A stretch of 43,812 bases of DNA from contig NC_068996.1 of assembly GCF_001194135.2 (NCBI RefSeq), positions 14,687,236 to 14,731,047 on the forward strand. The letters run 5' to 3'. The translations under genes and the position numbers were made by a program. Positions 37,599-43,812 of this stretch are shown here, piece by piece. The notes beneath the pieces are model-generated. The model had not been told where the DNA came from. It made no database searches and saw only the letters and a list, made by a program, of their open reading frames with translations. Position 1 is the first letter of the stretch; every line of letters starts with the position of its first letter. This stretch comes from Octopus bimaculoides (Eukaryota).

Positions 37599-37936
37599 GC
37601 TGCGACATCTCCAGCGTTTCCTTAACGATAGGCGGATGTGATCGCCGTTCATTAAAAGGGACTTCCCGCAGCTCGTCTCATTGATGGAGCTACAGTCCTG
37701 GGTCAAGTACAGACCAAGGAAAGGTACATGGTACCCGGAGTGTTAGCAAGCGCTCACGGTCTTCTGCCAATCGGGCAACCCGGTCGATGGCAGTTCCACC
37801 ATAGAGTTCTATAGAGGATTAGTGGAGGTAAAGAGCGACGACGTACTCAGGGAAACTTTGGGTATCGAGAGGGATCAACTAAGTGGTCTTTTCCGGAGGA
37901 TTTTCGGGTTAGGACCTATGGATAGCCCTGGCCTAG
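37599..37936 (+). mobile_element. Tx1/L1-clade LINE ORF2 fragment (post-RT region)
   Basis: One frame with 2 internal stops: LRHLQRFLNDRRM*SPFIKRDFPQLVSLMELQSWVKYRPRKGTWYPEC*QALTVF..FYRGLVEVKSDDVLRETLGIERDQLSGLFRRIFGLGPMD. Family assigned from recalled similarity. Confidence 0.65.
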
Positions 37937-37937
37937 C

Positions 37938-38007
<70 letters not shown>

Positions 38008-38044
38008 CAACAACAACAACAACAACAACACCAATAATAATATT

Positions 38045-38250
38045 CGTTTCTGATTTAAGGAAGACACCAACAACATTGAGGGTCGGGTCTTAGTGTTGTC
38101 GAGTCTAGTACTTGACCGATAGTTTATTGAACCCAGAGATATGAGAGGCAAAGTTGACTTCAGTGGGATTTGATCTCAGAACATAAAGAGCAATAACTAA
38201 ATACCGTCATGCGTTCTGTTCGATCTTCTAATGATTCCGTTACCGACAAA
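38045..38250 (-). mobile_element. Decayed SINE family B
   Basis: gaggcaaagttgacttcagtgggatttgatctcagaacataaag..ctaatgattcc. Confidence 0.65.
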
Positions 38251-38527
38251 CGTAAGAATATTAACGCTTGTAATGTAGACATTAGCACTTACGTATTTCC
38301 ATTTATTCCACTGACAACAATAATGGCCGCTGGTGCCGTTAGGATTCAACAATATACCGTAGAACCTGAAGATGAAGCCGATGCTATATCTATATTATCA
38401 GCTTAATAAATGCTCTTTAAAAGTCGATTGACTCCCATAAATTGTGGGTATACGTTTAAGTAATATCTTCTTAAAGAACAACACACAGTATGCTACCGGT
38501 AATAAAAAATATACAAAGGGATATAAT

Positions 38528-38890
38528 CAGGGTCGGATTATGACACATAGAGGCCCTAAGCACTTTATAGATTTTGGTGCCTCCATATATATAAGTTATT
38601 CAAAATATAACCATGAAACAAAACTAACAAGTAAGATGGAAAATAATCTTTATTTTTGTATAATTCCACTTTATTTATACTTGAAAAGCTTTCTCTTTTT
38701 TTAATTGCAAAGTCTTTGATCACATCCTCATAATTAATCTGATGTAACACATCTGCTTCTAAACTTTGTAGAGATAAGGCATCCCAAATATTATTTAAAA
38801 AAATTTACTATTTCTGTGATACCTCCCAACCACCCGTCGCTTGGTGCCCTAAGCTCATGCTTATTTTGCTTAATGGTTAATCCAGTGCTA
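38528..38890 (-). mobile_element. hAT internal-deletion element (363 bp) with exact 8-bp TSD
   Basis: GATATAAT at 38520-38527 and 38891-38898; degenerate TIRs cagggtcggatta / taatccagtgcta; minus-strand INYEDVIKDFAIKKR resembles the end of the hAT dimerisation domain. Confidence 0.8.
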
Positions 38891-40269
38891 GATATAATAT
38901 ATAATAACAAACTTTCTGAAATCAAGAGATCTAAATTAAAACATTCTCACAAAATTTCAACGTAATTTAATGTTCCCAAATCCGAGTTTAATAACGACTA
39001 TGATGTTTTACAAAGTTCTTCATTATTTTCGAAAGTAATTGTAACAAAACCTGTGTATTTCAACAACGAAACTGTTAAAGTTATCTAAACTAAAAACTTC
39101 CATCCATATTTCATGTTAATTTATGTCACAAACCCACCTTAGTAATGGAAAAGTTATTGTATTAAATTTTTCATTATTATCATTATTACTTGACGTCAAG
39201 TCAGTGTTTTTCAACAGAAATATGGTCTCAACGATCTCCAAAGCGTCTCCGTACTTACTACAATCGATTATGCAGGATTAATCAAGCAATATGACAGGAG
39301 ATACCAACTTAAAATAAATAACCAGAAATGTAAATGAAAGTAAAGAATGAATATTCTTTCAGGAGAAGCGAATGAAATAACCTAGATAACAATATATAAT
39401 CATTCTTGAAAAAAAAAAAAAACGCTTGAGGATTAAATGCAAGGTAAACAATGGAGAAACTCAGCAGTACACGCTAGATTGTTTAAAACAAAAAACATAT
39501 CTGCTCAAATAGATTTAACAGCTTCACTCAGAAACATGCTTGTGAAAGCAATCCCCAAACATTCTAAACAACACAATACGGGAACAACATATAATTCGAT
39601 AAAAACACACAGAAAACAGAAAACATCATTGAAATCCATTTTTAAAAACGAAATTAAATATTAAAAAAAAAAATAATTGGCTAGTAATTAAAATAGAAAT
39701 TAGAAAACCACCACTACAAAACTTTACAATGTCTGATCTAAAATCGTATTTTAAACACTTTTCCGAAACTAGAAAGGTCTTAGTATTGAAAGCATTCAAA
39801 ATTATTAGCTAGTTGTCGTTTGACATACTGACTGCACTTTCAAGTTAGGTAGTGTTCTTCATTTTCAACACATTTCAAATAAACTGTTCAAATGATTAGA
39901 TGGCTTCTTCATAAGCAGGTTAACAAGTATCCACAAGGAAGACCTGCATGTGACACATGTAACTATCGTACAATCACTTGTTTGCAGTTATCTATACGCT
40001 TACATGTAAATTTTATACAATTTAATACACACACACAGATTAGCACGCGCGCGCACACGCAGACACACAAACACACACACATACACACACGCACATATAT
40101 GCATATATATGTAAGTATATGTATACATATGTATATATATGCATACGCTTGGCTATTCTAGAAACAGCTGTAAGAGATTCGGTGTATCTCTATTTTCTAC
40201 CTCAATTAAATGTCTCTTTCAAGTGATGCCAAACGGTTTGCTTTTCATTTTTACTTTAATCTTTCTATA

Positions 40270-41514
40270 TATATCGGGTTGAGTAGAATTTTAGAATTTG
40301 TTCTAAATTTTTGCAGAGTTTTGACGTTTTTTAAACTCTTTTTTTTATTTTTACAATTGTCTGATAATACAGACATAGTCTTGCCCAAATGCATCAATAA
40401 ATTAGCATTGGTATTTTTTTCACCGCAGTTAGAATAATTTGAAATGGAACTGTCAAAGCGCGATATTCGAGCAGTTTTGTTATTCAACTTCGAAAAAGGA
40501 AGCAGCTGAAACTGCTCGTGATATCAACAAAACGTTTGGTGAAGAAATGACCAGTGAGTGGCCAGCTCGAAAATGGTTTTAACGATTTTGCAGTGGAGAC
40601 CTTGAACCTTGAAGATCATGATCGTAGTGGACGACCATCTGTCATCGAGGACGGTCAATTAAAAACCGTCATTGAGAAATATCCACGTAAAACCACTCGA
40701 TAACTGGCAAAAGAACTTCAAGTTAAAAAGAAAACTCCCTCCAACCATTTGTATTCGATCGGAAAATCAAAAAAGCTCGACAAATGGGTACCACACGATT
40801 TGAATGAAAACCAGAAAATACGCAGATATGAAATTTGCTTGTTGCTTCTTCTCCGTAACCAGACCGATCCATTTTTCGACCACGATGGAAAGGGGATTTT
40901 GTACAATAATAAAAACCGTTGTTCGCAGTGGTTGGACCAGAATGAAGAGCCGAAAACCTTCCCTAAACCCGAGCTCTTCAAAAAGAAGGTTATGGTGACT
41001 GTTTGGTGGTATACTACTGAACTCATCCATTATAACTTCTGAAAACCCGGAAAAAAACCATTATTACAGAAACATATTGCCATGAAATTGCCAAAAATGA
41101 ACGAAACACTGCTACTCCTCCTTTCCAGACTGGTCAACAGAAGAAGGTCAATCATTCTTCATTACAATGCTCAACCACACGTTCCGCTAATGACGCTCCA
41201 GAAGTTGAGGTAACTTGGCTACGAAGTTCTTCCCCACCCTCCAGCTTATTCCCCAGACTTTTCCCCTACCGACTACCACTTTTTCAAGTACCTTGATGGT
41301 TTCAAAAGTTAAACCAATGCTGAAAGTGCATTCAAAGAGTTCATCCACTCCAGAACTCCAGTTTTTTTATGTTACCGGAAAAAACAAACTTGTAACTCGT
41401 TGGCAAAAATGTGTTGATTGTAATGGTACTTACTTTGATTAATAAGATTTCTGCATTGTTGAAATATATTGTGATGAATTTCCTGTTTCAAACGTTGCTT
41501 ATTTTTTACTAAGC

Positions 41515-41521
<7 letters not shown>
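40270..41521 (+). mobile_element. Second full-length decayed mariner (DD34D type; different family from 10564-11818)
   Basis: Transposase 40444-41442: MELSKRDIRAVLLF, RSGRPS, KWVPHDLNENQK, KKVMVTVWW, AYSPDFSPTDYHFF, RWQKCVDCNGTYFD. Degenerate TIRs; both ends in (TA)n. Confidence 0.9.
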
Positions 41522-41563
<42 letters not shown>

Positions 41564-42589
41564 ATGATTGCTTCATTTTGAGAAATGATAGACATCCCAT
41601 CAACGCACACACCACACCCCATCACACAGTACAATTATTCCGTTGATGAGCCCTTAAATTACTTTCAAGACCAGCTGCTGACTGGTAGGGTTTAAAACAC
41701 AAGTGACATATTATTCAAATTTCTTCTCTATCTTTGCCTTTTGGAATTTGATTCCGAAGGAATGTTTTTCTGAGCTAGCATATGTCTTTTAAGTCCAGAT
41801 ATTGTCTTACAAGTTTTTAAACATATGACACAAATTGCAAGAGGTGGTTGGTGTCCAAGATCATTATCTATCTAGGAATTACCACCAACGACAACAGCAA
41901 TTAGAACCCTGGAATATACAGTGCAGTACAGCTAAATACGGATGAAATGCATGCCTTAGAGTTATCACCAAAATTCGCTGCATATAAGAAGGTCAGAAAA
42001 TTTGATTGTGTATCTGACATTGAAAAAACGTTCTTAAAAATAAGATGGAGGTTAGGATTATAAAACAACAACAGCAATATCAATGTTGATGTTAATGACA
42101 ACGACAATAGGGACAATAACAATAACAACAATGATAACCACAACATACCTCACACAAACAATTATAACAGCAATAACACAAACATATACGAAACCAAAAT
42201 AATAACAATGACAATAAGAACAATAGTCGCAACACCCCACACACAGATTACATTACCAACCACAACATCATCCACACCGCCACCAACACCAACCACAGCA
42301 ACAACAATAATAACATTGAACAGAACACTACCACCACCGCCACCAATTTGAATGCAAAGATCGTGATGAAAGGAGCAGCAGAAAAAAAAACAGCATTTGC
42401 GATACTGGAGCAGACCGTCGTCACAAACATTAAACGGAACATTCGAAATTTCTGCAATATATTTCACAAATGCTGACCACATTGCCGTAGAATATCTCTC
42501 ATTAGCTTGCTCAAAATATAGTAAGCAGAAAATATAGTAACTAACCCTATGAGTCCGGAGAATCTTAAGGCTAGTTATGCAATTTCCAT

Positions 42590-42790
42590 GAGATGTAAGT
42601 GACCGAGATCACAGCATTTCTCCTGAATGAAACACCATTCCATCGCAGGATTACTTATTTTGAGCTGAGTAGGCTGGAGTAAATTGACATGAAGAGTTTT
42701 GTTCAAGAGACCACCGCACCGCCCGGTGAGAATATCGAAACAACGATCTTAATTTCAAGAGTACAATACCCTAAGGTCATAGTGCCTTCA
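42590..42790 (-). mobile_element. Decayed SINE of a probable third family
   Basis: tgaagagttttgttcaagagaccaccgcaccgcc..atcgaaacaacgatct resembles the reverse complement of a tRNA head plus CORE-like segment. Confidence 0.45.
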
Positions 42791-43308
42791 CGGTCAAACT
42801 ATACTTGAAGCACAATAATATTGGTGAGCTTCTCTACATATATTTTACCATCAAATTTCAATCGCTGCAAGAAAAGCTATCTGGTGTTCATATGAATCTC
42901 TAACCTTCTACAAAAATTTTAAAAGAAGTGTGACACTTTCACATAAATACAGTCCATCAGATAATAAGTAATAAACTCGGTATTCTTCATGATACAATGT
43001 ATAGAAGTCTTGATAATTTGAACGTAACGTTATCAGAAGCCACATTAAAGCTGTTGTACAAGCAATCAATGTATAGATACTGGGTAAATGTAAACACAGG
43101 TATAACTAATAGTGAACAATGAATTACCGATCAAAAGAAAATTAAAATACTCTACTCGAACATTATTTAAATGTGCAGCAGCTGGAGACGTTGGTTAACC
43201 CAGCTAGAAGAAAACCCTGTAAAAATTGCATATTACAGCTTATTTAATCGGGATGTAAATAGGAGAGGTGATGGTATTAATGTCACTGCTGATAATCATA
43301 ATAATAAT

Positions 43309-43500
43309 GGTTTCAAATTTCGGCACATGGCTAGCAAGCTCGGGGTAGGGGGGTTACATCGACCTCAGTCCTCAAATGGTATTATATTTTACTGACGCTA
43401 AAAGGAAGAAAAGCAAAGTCAACCCTGGCGGCATCTGAACTCAGAATCTAAAAAACGGACGAAACACCGCTAGGTATTTTGTCCGGCTAGGTATTCTGCT
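43309..43500 (-). mobile_element. Decayed SINE family B
   Basis: ggtttcaaatttcggcaca..gcaaagtcaaccctggcggcatctgaactcagaa. Confidence 0.75.
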
Positions 43501-43504
43501 AAAC

Positions 43505-43573
<69 letters not shown>

Positions 43574-43812
43574 TAATTAATTCGTTTTATTGGCCACAAG
43601 GGCTAATATCAATCAAAAACATGTAAGGACAAAGACAGGACGAAGGTTACAAAAGGTTTTGTCCGAAAAGGTAGGAAAGTTCGTCTAAACAGAGGAAGAA
43701 AATGGAGAAAAGATATAATAAATAAATAGATAAATAAATAGATAAATAAATAAGTAGAACTCCCAAAGGGGGAGGCGCTTCGAAAAAGGAAAGGTTACAC
43801 GTGGAAAAACCC
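43505..43812 (-). mobile_element. Probable LINE 3' UTR with AATAAA and an (ATT)n tail, running off the window
   Basis: Reverse complement ends ..gtccttacatgtttt..agcccttgtggccAATAAAacgaatt followed by (ATT)n. Confidence 0.4.

Overview
AT-rich, gap-containing eukaryotic genomic DNA made up almost entirely of transposon fossils, SINEs and microsatellites. The repeat families look like those of a coleoid cephalopod, probably Octopus (inferred from recalled repeat sequences, not from a database search). I could not support any host protein-coding gene; most listed ORFs are microsatellite or N-gap artefacts. Recognisable elements: a near full-length pogo-superfamily (DD35D, Passer/POGK-like) transposon at 1306-3046 that seems nested in a Helitron; two full-length decayed mariners; a Tc1/mariner internal-deletion element; a hAT element with an exact 8-bp TSD; a decayed Tx1/L1-type LINE (ORF1, APE and RT start) plus two more pieces; an R4/Dong-type RLE LINE end inside (AAT)n; and many tRNA-derived SINEs of at least two families. 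The most striking structure is a ~510-bp fold-back at 31680-32187. Each arm carries a type I hammerhead ribozyme motif facing outward, and the + strand copy (32114-32166) has an intact catalytic core and all three stems. Several more decayed hammerhead-like motifs of different sequence occur elsewhere, pointing to repeated insertion of Penelope-like or retrozyme-like elements.
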